Shown: positions 13,801-29,203, numbered from the stretch's first letter. The stretch is 64,000 nucleotides of DNA from Balanoglossus misakiensis (GCA_040954595.2 CM082582.2:11089483-11153482), one strand, 5' to 3'. Made by a program: numbers and translations. Notes: generated from the letters alone by a model not told the origin.

Positions 13801-16800
13801 CACTACGACACATGAATATCACTCCTGAGGAAAAAAAACTAAAATGTAAATACCAGACAAGTAAGACTTGCGCAGACACCAGTACTTTTATAGAACAAAA
13901 GAGGCACAAAACAGAAGACAAAAACATGCTGAGAAGCTAAGCACACTCTAACTTTTAACTGGTTCCCAAGTAACTTTTAAAATGGTACCTTTTTTCTTTC
14001 TTTTCCTTGTCTTTCTTCTCGTCCTTCTTGTCCTCCTTCTTGTCCTTGAGAATAAATTTCTTGGTTTTCTTTTCTTCTTTGGTCTTTTTCTCATCATCCT
14101 TTTTCTCTTCCTTCTTGGCTTTTTTCTCCTTCTTGGGTTTTTTACTCTCTTTTTCCGAGGGACTGGGACTGGAGCTGCAAAGCCACGAGATTGTTGAAGA
14201 CTCAGTTTTGATAATTTGGCGCGCAGAGAATGACATTATTACATCCAAGCACTATACATATCTACATGCCCAGGGCTTGAATTCACATGAACTCTCGAGG
14301 TGACACCTCCATTGATTCACAGTTGACAAATTATAACCAGACAGGACATGTGGAAAACACATAATACACTGAATGAGGAAGTAAAAGCTAAACACTTTTT
14401 ATTCCACCTTTGTTGATAAAAATCACTCATGAAAACCTAGAGTTAGATAACTAACACAAGTTCCATCCATTAGGGAGAAAACAGGAAGTTTCTTTTTTTA
14501 TCGTTCTTCTCCGGGTTCATTTTCATAATGATTATTGCAAGTACACAGTCTGTCAGCACCAAACAACATCCAAATGTTAATTTGATTTACATTAACAGAC
14601 AGAAACTTCTGCCTGAGCTGAGGTTGTCATGATTGGTTTATGCACAGATGGTTACAGGCAGGAATAAACTTAAATATCATACATAACATCATGTATAAGA
14701 TTTTAAATTAAATTTCAAAAGTGTACCGGATTGATTCAAGGCTGTTAAAATTAATTCAGTTTGTTGTGACATTGTTGGTACAGAGGAATTTCAAATGTCA
14801 AAGTTCAAGAGGTCAAGAGGTTATCAATCACTGGAGATTTGACTTGTTCAAATGAACTTCTAATAGACTGATTGATGACGACACTCGTTGACTGAGGGAA
14901 GTTGTTGAAAATGCAAAAATTATACACTCTTATAACAAATATATTACAAATGACCCATTACATATCTAAGATAATTAATATATTACACGCACAAGTAATT
15001 GACTAACTAGATTTTGGACAGACTGCTTATCACTGTGAAATGTTGTTCGTTTCAAATGCAGAGATGACCTCACTTTGTCTATTACTCATTGATTTGCATT
15101 CGGATATAGACTGATAGACTTCAAATTTTTACAGATTAAGAGGTACCTGAATTCATAGAATTGGTTTGAGATGCACAGTCACGTCATACAAGCCAGTCTT
15201 ATTTAAAGAAGTAAAAATATTAATCAAACTAATAACAACAGAATCTTGCTAGCAGCTTACCTTCGCGTTTTTTTTTCACTGGCAATGAATGCAGCGTTTG
15301 GTCTCACTGAGTCAGGATCGATGACCACCTGAGCTCCAAAGAACGACTCCACACCTCTGGAGACATCCATATTCAGTGCATCACTGCCTCCTCCGCCATC
15401 TTCGTTGTCGTCAGGCACAGCATTCACCGGAGAGTCTTCAGTTTTGATGTCGACCGTGTGCTTGGTCGGTCTCACTCTCTTGGGGCGTCTCACACGACCT
15501 TCTGTGACGGGTTTCAGTGGAGAGGCCGACGGAAGGTCGTCAAAGTCCCCTATGATGCCAGGTGCCGGTGAGGGGGCTGGCGATGGAGACAACAGGGAAC
15601 CACCTGGTGAGAGTAAAATGGTAGCGAGAGAAAAAAACATCAGTTCTGTATGTTCTCTAGAATTTAAGGTAGAAAATACCCCTACAAAGTTGTCAAAATC
15701 CTTATAAGGTTCTATTCTGGCTCAATGTCCCCTCCAAAGACTGAAATGCCCAACTGGCAGTGCACTAGGAGATGAATGACTTAGTCCTTACTGCCCATGC
15801 TGTTGGGAGTACTCTCCCCGGTGGCCGGCTCACTTCCGGATGAGAGACTGGTGTCCTCCAGACTCCGCGATGAACGAATTTCATCGTCGTTCTCGGTCAG
15901 CGCCGCCATTTGTTGCTCTATGGGAAGAAGAGTGTCAACGGTCTCATACTGGTGATGTCTAAGTGGTTTGGCCGGATAAGCCTCTGGTAGTTTATCCAGG
16001 CTGTCTTGACTACTGGTGTTGGAGGGTGCGTTAGCTTTTTTGTTATAAACGTGGTGATAATCCAAGATGCCAGAGTGAGGGTGGAGTCAGTTGGACACAG
16101 ACACATAGAGGTGCAGATGGTCAGGGTGAGAAAGAAAGAAAGAGAAAGAGAAAGAAAGACACTCAACATTTTTGTTATTCTGCTAAACTACGGAGAAATA
16201 ATTTTCATTCACATGCATATTATTTCAGTCTATCTACGGTTCATCCATGAAAAGTATCAGAACAGATGCTTGGAAGTGTATGTCAGATGTTCTTGTTCTT
16301 CAACCAACCAGGGTCAATTTATGTACTACAACATAACAACACTCAGTTGATCAGATGCCATTTTAATTACAGTCAAACAGAAGGAGAGAGACACACTAGA
16401 GATATTATTAGGATGGGTCAAAACATGCATATTGAATTAAGCCACAGAAAAGTGTGAATATTTCCAATTAACTATTGATTAGAATTGAGACTTAGAATTT
16501 CAACACAAGCTCAAGGTTATTTTTACCTCTTATCAACACTGACTTTGGCCTCACGCTCCTACGCTTCCGTTCTATAGAAGTTTTCTGAAATGTAAAACAG
16601 GGGAGGGAAAACTCATTCCACTGCAATCACATTAACTTCATTACACACATACAAATTCCACATTGTTTTTAGACAAAATGATAAGAGACAATCAAATCTG
16701 GTCAAATTCTGGATTTATGAATGAGTTTGTAGGAATATATTATGAATAAAATCAGGGCCGAGAAAGAATGGAAAAGATAAACTATGGCTTACATGGTCTT

Positions 16801-19800
16801 CTTTTGGTTCTTCGTCTGGAGTTTCTACAAATGACAGCTTTGATTTCTCCGTCTTTTTTCTGTGTATTTCACTCACTGCAACATTCTGATTTTTTTAAAA
16901 AACAAAACGAATATCACTTAATTAAGGGTTGTCACTGAAAATGTTTCCTGCAAAGTTTAATCACCTAGGAGCAAACCATCACTTATAAATACATGCGATG
17001 TCAAAGGGCAATTCCTGGGCTTATACATCGTTCCCTGCCCCAAAGCAGTTTGTTACAGTTTAACTATACCAAAAACAAAGGTCCACACAAGGGTCACAGT
17101 TTCTACCTTTGACATTTTGACAAGTGGTGACACTGTAACCCTGAAACCCACAGTTCGGGTTTTATGAAGCAGAACAAATACTCATATGAAACAAATCTCA
17201 CTAAAAACACATGTAATGGTCATTTTTTGTCTGTTTCTAAAGTAATTGTAAATCAGTCACAATAAGGAAGTTTAGTTTGTGTGAGACAAAACAGATGCAG
17301 TATTTTTATTCCCTTGCCTTGTCTATCAATCAAACTGCCAAACATGAGAGTTATAATATTTTTAGCAGTCAGGGATGTTTAGTACATATGTACTAAATCA
17401 ATCAACTCACCAGTTTCCTGCGGGAGTCTGCCAGTGAATCCAACAGTTTGTCTGTGATCTTGTTAGAGACAGCCGTCGCAGCTGAAAGATGCAATTCACT
17501 GCAAACAAAGCAGACAAACAATAATCCAGACTCAAATTTTCACCATCCAATCAAACCCAGTTACCAACCATAGGCAGCAAATCAGGTTCAAGTTCACGGC
17601 CAGACCAAACATCATGTCCATCCCTTGGACAACACAGACTGAACTTCAGCGACAGTCATGTGTGCTAAACACAGTGCATACACGCAGGACTGAAACATAA
17701 ACTTCCTGGTACAGCAACTTTGGGTGCTTTTTATAGCGCTCACTTCAGCCCTGCACAAATACAGAAGTGAGGGATACGTTTCCAACCAACCACTGCATTT
17801 GATGTATGACACGTGCATTTACAGGTCAAATGGGGTCAGCGAGTATCACAGGGTTATCAATACAACACAATGAAATGACTTCCGGGAGACAGCATCACAG
17901 TGTCTCTATTTAAACAGAAAACTTGACAGATAACAAGGCAAACACGGATACCTTAGACTTTAAAAATACTAAGTTTGTTTTTTAACCAACACTGTGCTCT
18001 ATAGTCACCAAGCAGATTTCACTACTAGAATCGAAATTCCTAGTTCAGTATGTTTTCAGAAGCATTAATCTTTAATAGCTCAGCTAGTGGCACGCCTTTT
18101 CTCTTTGAACATCCGGCAAGCGAAATAACAGACACAGATAAAAACAGATAGAGTAGGACTTTGTCCATCCTGGACACTATTTCCAGCACACTAATTTCAT
18201 ATCACTCCCACTCTGAGACCAGTGCATGTATTCAAGACATTTTATTCCACACTGTCTCACCTTGCTTTGTTGGAGATCGCAACACCGGCCTGCTTCTCTA
18301 CCCAGTCAGCGATGTAGTTATCTGACAGTTGACTCTTCTGTTCGGCCGTCATTGTGATGTCCGTTTTCAGCTCATCCTTAACGACGGATGGACACAGATT
18401 TTCACCACATCTCAGCATTTCTTCCACGGTTTTCTGTACCAAGAATGACAAGGCAGTGATTAATTAAAAAATGTTTCAGTGAACTGTATGTATGAGATCA
18501 AATTCAGGGAATGCAAGCACATCTAATTTACATATGCCCGTATATGGTCAAAAGGGTGTGTCTAAGTCTTCAAATGGCCACATAAAAACATGGTTCTCAC
18601 CTGTAGCTGTTCTTTCACAGTTTCTGTCAAATTTTCTTTGATTTCTTGTATCTTGGCATCAATAATACTCTGTGTGGTGTCCCTGGCGGCTGCATACATC
18701 TTATTCAACAGCTATGGAAGAAGGGGAAAAATTTCATTATGATAAAGTTTTGTGGAAAAAGACACAGAATAAGTTCACTAAATGTACATAAAATAGATAC
18801 CCTGTCCCTTTGAAAGACTTAAATGAACATTCAACTCAAATCTTCAGAATTTGTTAATTCACTGATTCTAGAGACAGAAACTGAACTAGGACTGACCTCA
18901 CTGGAGTGCCGGGCATCTTCCACATACTTCTTGGCTTCTTCGATGTCAGCTTTCACTTTCTCATCTTCACAATCCGACAGCTGTTCTATGGCTTTCTCAA
19001 CATCACTTGTCAGACCATTGACAATCTGCAACAAAGCGACCCGCAAACCATGTTAAAATACTTATAAACTTCTGCTTTTGAAATGATACTATATCCAAAA
19101 GCTTCGCAAAATAATTTCTTGATTTAGAAAAAAGAGAATTGCCAAAGAGAAAGTATATGACTTGAGGTGTTGACTTTGATATTAACTACCAAAAGTCAGG
19201 CAAAAAAAGACAATTTTGGTGACAGCGCCCCCAGTGCCCGCACTCACCTGCTGTGAGGTAGACACATGGAAGCTCTGTTGTAGTCTGAAGGCTTGCTCAT
19301 TGACTTGGGCGGCAAACTCCACGTTGCTATGGTTTCTCTTCAGCAGACCTTCAATTTTGCTGATAGCAGCATAGGTCTTCTCTGGATTGGCTTTGAAAGC
19401 ACCGCCCGCATCGCTGACTGGTGCTGGCATACTCTCAATGGTGTGATTTCTGAAAATATCACATACACATTTTGTTGTTATTGCTGTTATCAGTACCACT
19501 ACTATCTAATTTAGATCATCAAAGACCAAAGACTGTGTATCGTGAAAAGACAAACCTTTCGAGAGCATTAGCAATGTCTTGTAGTCCATGCACACTCAGG
19601 TTGTTTCTGTCCAACTTGATTGTCTTCAGCTTGGTGTTGATCTGCAGGGCTTTAGCCAGAATCCTAGCACCAACATCACCCATGCTGTTTCCACTGTTGA
19701 AGAAATCCAATCATAAATGAATCATGATGAATCATAAATTTCCTAGTGGATCTTTAAATGTAACTGACCAATAACACTCCCAACAGACACACACACCCAG

Positions 19801-22800
19801 ACTGTAACTGTTATCAACAGTTCCATATGTACCTTATGTCCAGATAGGTTAGGATGGTGTTACTCCCCACTGCGTCCAGAACAGTTGCCGTGTCTGCCTT
19901 CAGCTTGGAGTCAGCCAATGACAAGGACTCTAATGACTGTCAAGGTGAAAAAAGAAGGATGAGTTTCCATTATGCAAATGTAACCAGTAATTTGATTGGT
20001 TAGAATATAACCTGCAAAATTGAGGACCTCTCTATCATTGTAAAGTTGCTCATATATACAAGTCTATCACAAGTGCCCATTGTAAGCTATGCCAGGAAAG
20101 CAACTTTCAACAATCAACTGGTTGGTCATGTGAAAGACTTACCCCATTCTCATCTTGAAGCAACTTCACTATTGTATCCAAGATTCTATTCATTTGCCTA
20201 ACAGAAAGGAAACAAAAGGACAGTTAAATGTTGTGAAAATGATATTTACACCCAAAAGTTTCTTCGCAAAAGTAAATAAAACACAAACACTACCAACTAA
20301 GACAAGACAAGCCCGTTTTAAATTTGTGATGATTAGGACTAATGATCAGTATACCCAGAGGCAAACCAGTCATAACCCATGCAGTGTGCTAGATTATTAA
20401 ATTTAGGGACGTGTCTCTAAAAACACACCAAAAAATCCACAAAGGATAGATACGCACCCCTATGACAAACAAAAATACAAAAGAGAAGGACATAGGTGCT
20501 GAAAGAAGACGAAGAAAGGATTGTAAGAAAAGAAAGCCAGGAAAGAAGCAACTACTAATTGATTGGATTACGGGAAACGATTTTTAGACATGTACCCCGA
20601 TTCACATATTCTGACATATATCTTCCAAGAATGGAAATAAATTGCAGTGTTTTCTTTCAGTGGATGGGGTTGGTGAACTGCTATTAGCGCCCCCAGGTGA
20701 CACATCTGTCAACTCTATCGTTCGATTTTGCTGAAAACACAGCTGCCAATACTCACTTTGCGTTCTGCCTGACGGAATGTATGTTCCCACCAACGTTGAG
20801 ACTCTTGATCTGGTGGTTCTTGCAGATCCAGTCCAGCACGCTGGCAAGGTCACCTTCAAAGCCGTTGTCGCTGACATCCAGCGACCCTATGGCTGGGATG
20901 TTGGCAATGCAGCTCTCCAAGACCCGGGCACCCTCACCTCTCATCTGTGGCAAATAATGATAAGTCAGTCAAGTGAATTATAATAACTGTAATAGGATAA
21001 TAACAGTACAGGATGGAAATGACAGTTTGCTATGCCCTCACCTCATTGTTACTAATGTCCAAGTCCAAATCCTTCATGGCTCCATTGCTAGCAATACCAA
21101 GAAGTATATCTCTGTAAAAATTAAGACAAAAATTGAAAACCCATCAAAAACAAATTCATCACACTTATATCTTTCTCCGACTGAAAATACAAAAAATTGT
21201 CAAAAGTTGATGCGAACTGTTATCGTGTTGACCATAAAATACTGGAACAGCATGCAGAGAACTGTTGTACTTACTTGATGACTTCCGGAGGGAGTTTATT
21301 TCCTGACAGATTTACATGCTTGAGAGCTGTGGCTGTGGAGAAGTACTCCTTCATGGCTTGTGGAATGAATAGGTCTTTAATTTTCCTACAGTGAAAGAAC
21401 AGAGACAAATATGTTTTCCTTAGTTGCCTGAACCACCCGATTTGTTTTTCCGAGCATTCAACACCACCTGATCACATGGACAATGTTTGATAAAGTTTCA
21501 GAACACAGTGCATAGCCAAGTCATCCATACACAACAGTTGTAACATTTTAATTTTGAAATTTTGATAACGTCACCTGTTCTTGAGATAATTGATGACACA
21601 GACCGCCAGACACACACACATAGATACATACAAAAATCTGTATCACACAGGAGCTAAAAACCAGACTCAATTTTTGAAAGAGGTATCCAACCCTGAGATA
21701 ACACCATGCTCTCACCTGTAGGTAAATGCATTCCTGGCTAGGTTAAGGTGGGTCAGTGTGTGGGGACAGCCTTTTAACAAAGCTGGAAAGACAGTCTCCA
21801 GCGCAAGCTCACAGTTACTGAGGTCAAGATGGGTTACTCCATTGGGATGAGAAAGGAAATCCAGCATCGGCTATTAATCAAAAACACACAACTATTAATC
21901 TAAAAAACATTATTTGCTAGAAATCACTGAGTTTAAAAAACAACCACACAAATGGTTATAACATACAATGTAGTTACGAATTATTGTAATACTATCGTTA
22001 TGATACACATGCAATGGAAATGTTTATACTCTCACATTATATCTGCAGGAACTAAAAATCAATGACTTTAAGCTCTTTAGCTTTAAAAATTCCATGATGC
22101 TGCAAATTTTCAGCATGGGTACAAAATGCATGAACTGAAGATAAAACACATCGGCAGGAAGAAACGTGACACATCCTCCTGGAAACTCATCACATGAGAT
22201 TTACCGCAAAGTCTTCTCCTTTGAATGAGTTGTCCGACAGCTTGAGTGTGTGAAGTGTCTTCTTGGACTTTCCGGCCGCAAGCTTGTTGCCGAGGTTCGA
22301 AGCACCTGTGTGGCGTTTGAGATACAACAGAGATGCATATGACAGAAAAGCGTACTTGATTTAGAAACAGAATTCTGGAATTAGGATGTCAACCGTACAT
22401 TACTTATTTCACTCTCTAAATTTGTTTGTATTGAAGTTACAATCTTGGAAAATCACACACTGGTTAATTTCTTAGCATAGTGAAGTTAAGAATACACAGA
22501 AAAGTTTTGAAAATTTTTATGTGACAAACGACCACTTCAAGGGGGTCGTCAAAGGGCAAATCAGCTGTAGCTTTCAAAGACAGGATTCCCACACTGCAAG
22601 CAGTTATAGGAGACTATAATGTAAGATTTTCATAGCTTTACTTTACAGGAAGAAATCAGTGTGGGATACACATGCACAAGAGGAAAAACTAGTTTTGTTG
22701 ATTGAAGGTTTGTGAAGGACAAAGCTGCTTGCACAGTGTGTCTCAACCAGGAACAGGAACAGGAGTGTAGGGTTGTCAGCGATTTTTAGTGCGTGCTCTA

Positions 22801-25800
22801 GACAGCAAACGTTTTCGGATAAATACCTCTACCTTTGGCGGTGATCTTGGTGTTGGATAAATTCAGCTCGGTCATCCCGTCAGCCAGTTTGGTGATTATG
22901 GCCGACAGGTGCTGGATGCCTCGGTCGTCGATCTGGTTCCCTTTCAGATTGAGAGCCCGCAGGTTGGATGGTGCTTGGATTGCCCACGACAGATCCTGAC
23001 CAAACTCCCTGAAATGAGAAAAGGGTGATGGTTGCAGGTTTACGGCACAGTTGTCTGTCACTTCTGCAGTCCCTTGTTGGCCACATACACGCTGCAAATC
23101 AGCTGACCTGAGACTCAACCAACTTCTGCAGCAGCTGGACAGCTATACTCAGCTGTGCAATTGAGGGTACTCAATAATAAAACACAGCCAGTGAGGGACT
23201 GTGAACAATTATACACCAGAGAATCTGACATTCTCAGCTTCATTCACTTGGCACTCTTCATATCTTTCATGCACTGACACACACCATCCTGTATACTGAG
23301 ACATACAAGAGTCAGTACAGCTACAACGCTAGCACAACGACTAAGACCTCAACTTACCATTTGTTTATCCCCGTATTTTCAAGTTCAAGTTCAAGGATAT
23401 TGGGGTTCCTCTGCAACACTCGGACTATCTGCTTGGCAGCTTCCGGAAGCTGAAAATAAATAATGAAAAGTATACATCATGGAAAAGGTGCAAGATTTTT
23501 CAGGAATCAGACTCCATCTGTTACATCCAATGGGGCAGGTTAGCAATAAAAACAGACAGACCCTTTTAGCAGTGGCACACATGCATCCATCAATCTCAGA
23601 GATTTTACAAGTAAAATGTGTAGAAGGCACACAAGCACATATCCATAGATGTGCACACTCCAGTTTTCACATTGCCTCATGAACATTTAATTGCAATGGA
23701 AGCACTGCAGATTAGACCAGTGTACTGGTTGTTCACAGTTCACACTTACCAATTTTAAGTCCTTTGCAGATATTTTATTGAACCACTGGTTATAGCTCAG
23801 CGCCGATATCACTGGTATCAAATCCCTGGTCAATACAAATCGAAGTAGTATTATCATAATATCCTTACTTCATTTTTTTAATTATTTACAGTTATAATTT
23901 GTGGACACAAGCAGAAGTGCCTATTGACGTCCTGTGGCAAGGTCAACAAGCAGGTCAAAACATTAACATCTCTTCAAATATACACTATGTACATTTCAGT
24001 AAGTGTTTAACCATGTTAATAAGTGTTTAAACACGTAATGTGGAGTGACTAACTCCCAATAACTGCACTTGTAATTATATTTACTTCAGGAAACTTCCAC
24101 AAGTGTGACAGTAATTCAATATTAAACAGAAGGCAAGCAGAGGATTTTGTTTCTCTGAAATCAAGTTTATATCCTATAAAGCCAACACAAGTTAACATGT
24201 GTTCCTCTCACTTGCCCGCCAGTCATCAATACAGCTGGTGGGAATTTTTTGAAAATGATATAAATCATTTACTTACTTTCCATGGAGATGATCAAAATCA
24301 TTTAGGCACATCTCTCTCGTGTTTTGACTTAGATATATCGTATCAATGTCCTGCATAATAGAAACATAAACAGACCAATATTAGAATTATAAATTATGCT
24401 GCAATCACAAGAATATATGCAAACACACTGACAAAATTTACAAGGATTTCAATACATAATGCATGACATCAACCACTCTACAATATCTACAATCATACAC
24501 AATGCTGTCGGTAAATTTGTCATGACATAAAAGTAATCTCTAAAACCTCATGTTACTACTGAAGTATTTGCAAGCAGTGGCCTTGAATGGAGAATTTGAA
24601 CCTGCTTGACTCTTCTGTAATTAAATATTACACATGTGCAAAGACAATCTCATCCTTCATGCTTGGTGAATTATGAATTAATCCATCAAGGCAACATGGG
24701 GGGGGGGGGGGGGGGGGGTAGTCGTGTCTCAAATACACTGTGACACATCAATCAATGACGCTGACATGGGTATAATTGATTATACACTAGTGTTACAGAA
24801 ACACTGCAGCTACATGATAAATGATGTCATGCACAATTCTACACACTGAAAATCGAGGTTTCACTACTCCATCCATTTGGGAAGTGAGTGAGTAAATATT
24901 AAAATCTCTTATTTATTATGAAACAGATCCTTCTTAGATGTTTCACAATCTCCGATTTGCCAGCTGACCCAAGACACTCATTGCCACATGAATTTTGCAT
25001 TTTAATATTTTATCATATTCATTTGTGCATATGATGTGCCCAACAGACCTGTCCATCACAATTGTCTGCGTATTTTGTAGGGGTGTAACCGGTCAAGGCT
25101 CCTGAAAATCACTCATGATGCAGTCAAAGAGTCTTATTCTTTTTCCCTTTTCGTTTATGTATTTGAAAATCTCTCTTTGGCAAGGTTGACGCAATGTACC
25201 ACAGATGTGAACAAGCGAGGCTGCATCGAAACATGAGAGCAGATACACCCGCCATCTGTTCAATGACCGTTGAATGTAATAAAAATAAAATACCAGTTAT
25301 GTCATGACTACACAATGACGCAAGACAAACTGTGCACAGTGAGGACAAAACAACGACCGGAATGCACAATCACTCACCCATGCAATCTCTTCCCTGTACG
25401 GCAGTTGATAATAGTCGCACATGCATGCATACATATTGGAGTAACCTCCACAGGGACCTGGATCGCCCACAGGCACTTTTTCCAGACTTTCCTTGATCTT
25501 GTCATGCCTTGATGTTGGGTCCAATGTCATTGTTTTCACAAATTTCCTTTAGTTTTCAAGGAAAGGAAAAAAAAATTCCTGTTAAATTAATCATGGCAAG
25601 TGAATCATAGGTACAATTATGACAGAAAGGATTTTAATGAGAGAAATTTCAAAACATGAGACATCATGAAGAATTTTTATTATTTACTGAAGATGTGATT
25701 AAACTTTGCCTTCCTGAATTGAAAACATTATTATAAGCCTTTGAAAAGTAATCAGAGTTATTGAACCATAAATTTGAGGTGGTTGCCATCAAGCATTCCA

Positions 25801-28800
25801 TTTTTATTATCATCCGAGACCTCTTAATGGGATACTCAATAACTCTATCCCCAGGGCTTTGTTCCAAGCTGGGCATTACTGGTTACTGAAAGACTGTTTT
25901 TTTTAAGCTTAGCGAGCCAGCAAAATTAATTTCCAACAGTGGACACTTCACCGCTATATTTCAAAAACAGCTTCAACCAAGAGCAAAGAATTATGCAAAT
26001 ATCTACTTACTCAAATGGTATGTTTGGGAAATATCTCTTGAGGGAAGTTCCAACGTGAAGAATGACATCATCAGCATCTCCTTTGTTAGTCATGAGGAAG
26101 ACTTGGATTTTGTCAGATACAGATATACTCAGCTGTTACGAAAGAAAATACAGTATTTAGTGGATAACTTCATACTGAAATTTTTGCACCTCGACACACT
26201 GTGGGGAAAATAGGCTGTGTCACTCAAAATATTTGATGTGGCAACCCAAGGAGAGACTTTCAATTCAAATACAAGACCTCCAAATCTTTCAATTCTTGTG
26301 ACCCTACACGATTTGTATAGGCATTTTAAAACGCTAAAAAGGAACTACCCTGAAAGGAATTATTTTGAACGTTTCTCAACAGGGCATAGCAGCATTGTTA
26401 TTGATGACAATCAATAATCTGCTTTACTTCATTCCTGGTTAGAATAAGTCTATAATCAGAAATACAAGTCTCAAAGTTCTTTTACTCTTAACTCAACCCT
26501 GTCATACACAACACACTGAATAGCCTACTGATGGCCTATAAGTCGATATTTGCAATTAAAACTGCAAACTCTCAATGTGATTTATTGCAAACATTACAGA
26601 TTACCGGCAACAATAGAAATTGCAATCAGGAGTGTAATGAATCCCAGCGACCCATAAAAAGAGCAAACACTCAACTCAAGAATTTTCAAACACAGACATG
26701 AACAGTCTACACACATGGCCTGTTTCCTGGCCATATATCACAGCTGCAAGAGCCGTGTTGATGCATCAGGCATGTACGCCTTCCTGCCAGGGGGGGGCAA
26801 AAAAATGATACAGCTGTACTGGTATTTCAAACTTTGGCTTCGTGAATATAATATAATTCAGACGAGCATTCGTCACATAAAAGATTAAAACGCCATTACC
26901 TTTAGAGGCTTTGTGCTTTCAAAGGACTGTATGTCAAGGAAATGAAACTCGTGCTCAACCTGTATTGAGAAAGAATATAATACGTCAAGAAAAAAGAAAT
27001 AAATGCAACAAAAATCAACTGCTTCCTGAAGTATCATCATTACAACTCTGTGAATCCATATTTCTTTGTCGGTCAAAGCTTATAGCTACACATAAGCATG
27101 CTCAAACAGGGAAAACTGCAATCTGTATGGCAAACTTTTGACAAGAATGTGACACTCTTGGCAACAAAGTCACCTCATAACTGACATCATAAAAAAGTTT
27201 CGACTCTACTCAAACGACACACCTCCCAAAAGACAACAAACTCCTTGTTTTACGAAAACACATACTGACAGACATAATCTGTATTTTTGTCATTTTTGAC
27301 AACATAACTCTCTACAGACGTAGGATTGGTCTGACTTACTTTTGGAGGTGGCTTCGCAGGCATTGTGAATACAAATGCACGACATACTGACAAGACCTGT
27401 GGAGAAAAAGGAACAAAAGTTCTTTTATTCATGTTTTTACACACTACTTTCTCATCAGGCCAGTCATTACACAGTTGAAGAAATTTGAAAGAAGTTTTTC
27501 TGTTCTTGAAAACACTTCTGAAGAGATTTCCACAGCATCAAATTTCTCCACTATGCTCAAAGTGGCATGGACATTTTTCAGATTTTTCACAATTGCAAAT
27601 GTGATTGCTTGAAGGACTCACAGTGGACAAGACATCTTAATATCCAGCCACATAGTATAAAAGTAAATCAAAGGTCACACTGACATTGCTACTCAACAGG
27701 TGGCAATAAACTGCTTGCCCACCTTCGTAACTGAGGAAGTGGGCTATTATTTAGCAAAGAAGATCTGAAATGCAAAGTCTTAAACGTCGTCATTTTCTAG
27801 TTGGTTTAAATTACGTTCCTTTCGAGACCATCTCCGATAGTCTCATGGATACATATAGGGTCATCTCTGTGTCCAACCCACACTCTTATTATACCCTCAT
27901 ATTCTTATCACTGTGGACAAAGTAAACACACTTGTAACCAGAGCATCTACTTTAGTAGACCATGGGTTTATGACAAACCAGGAAGTAGGAGACCATATCT
28001 AAAATTAGCACTGTCTGGCCTTTTATGGTGAATACTGTTATATGGTAACGATTGCGCACAATCACAAGAACATTAAAATGTTTTATTACTGAATAAGATA
28101 CATGACTACCACCCACTGTCTCCACACCTCCACACGAAAGCACTATTCTACATGTTACCAGTACTATTTTGGTATAAGTTTTTACACTGAATTTGCCATT
28201 CTTTTCCCCAGTACTTTAACATCGTGATGAAAGAATGTACAAGAACCCTCAATTATTGAGAAAGACTTTCTCATTTTGATCATTCTTATTTAGCCATAAA
28301 ATAAAATTAAAAGAGATGTTAAGGGTCATGACTTCCCCCCCCCAAAAAAAAAAAAAAAAAAAAAAAAAAAACAAGGGTGTGGTGCAGTTTATTTTCTTCT
28401 TTTTTTCAAGCCAATTTAAGCTACAAATAAATTACCATGGAAACTTTAAAAAAGTTGGCACACAGCTGTTAAAGCATTATGGGCATTGAACAAAAACAAC
28501 TTGATTTTTTGGCCTAACACAAAATTATTTTAAAATGTCAAAATGTTACAACGACTTATCTCTTTAAAAATGTACGTAAACTTGAAACGCTGTGAAAAGT
28601 TAAGAGACACAAGAGCAACCTGCTCCACCACACTGTTTATTGTTATTGTTTACAACCACTGATGAATAGATGTGTTCATTCTTGGTAAGAGATTCCCCAC
28701 AGTGATGTCACTCACTGCACAGAAGGCTCACACTGTAAAATCTACAGTACAAAACTTCCCTTTTATGGCTACTTGAAGAATATACATGTATAGATAAAAA

Positions 28801-29203
28801 GAGTAAATTAAAAGCAACAATTCCGCAACATAAAAGTTATGATAAGGGCACTTTCTGATGAACCCTGGTGAATTATTAATTTCTATAATAATTTCCTGGT
28901 CTTAACCTCCCATGACCTTGCAGTTACACTTACCAATATTCGATTCTCCCATTTATCTTGCTTCGTTTCGACCTTGACGAGTTTGAACAAAACATGCTTT
29001 CCCTTTTCTCCCAATTCATTTCGAATGCTCTCTGAAATGCAAACGGAGGAGTGTGACCATCAGGTTGAAATTTCACCACATCATGCATCGGTCGTCCTCT
29101 CTGACCAACCCACTTGGACGAAACTCAAATATGAAAACGAGCAAAACAAACTTATTCGCCACTTGCCTGCAACTTCTTTCGGTACGTTATTTTCTGTTGA
29201 CAT
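7887..29203 (-). CDS. CARMIL1: CARMIL (capping protein regulator and myosin 1 linker, LRRC16), multi-exon
   Basis: Exon 1 29203-29167 ([12 protein letters not shown]) and exon 2 29031-28934 ([10 protein letters not shown]...ENRIL). PH-like exons ([21 protein letters not shown]), then [27 protein letters not shown], many LRR exons ([30 protein letters not shown]) and a CPI-like motif at ~15460-15520. Long P/K/E-rich tail includes a 1.5-kb exon (~9495-10980). Last exon ends EGYVFV*. Vertebrate paralog assignment is uncertain. Confidence 0.9.
24698..24718. repeat. Poly(G) tract in a CARMIL intron
   Basis: About 21 consecutive G. Confidence 0.9.

Noticed and set aside
21470-21665. Possible microsatellite-bearing interspersed repeat in a CARMIL intron
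   Set aside because: Only a stylistic resemblance; no second copy or termini can be shown within the window.
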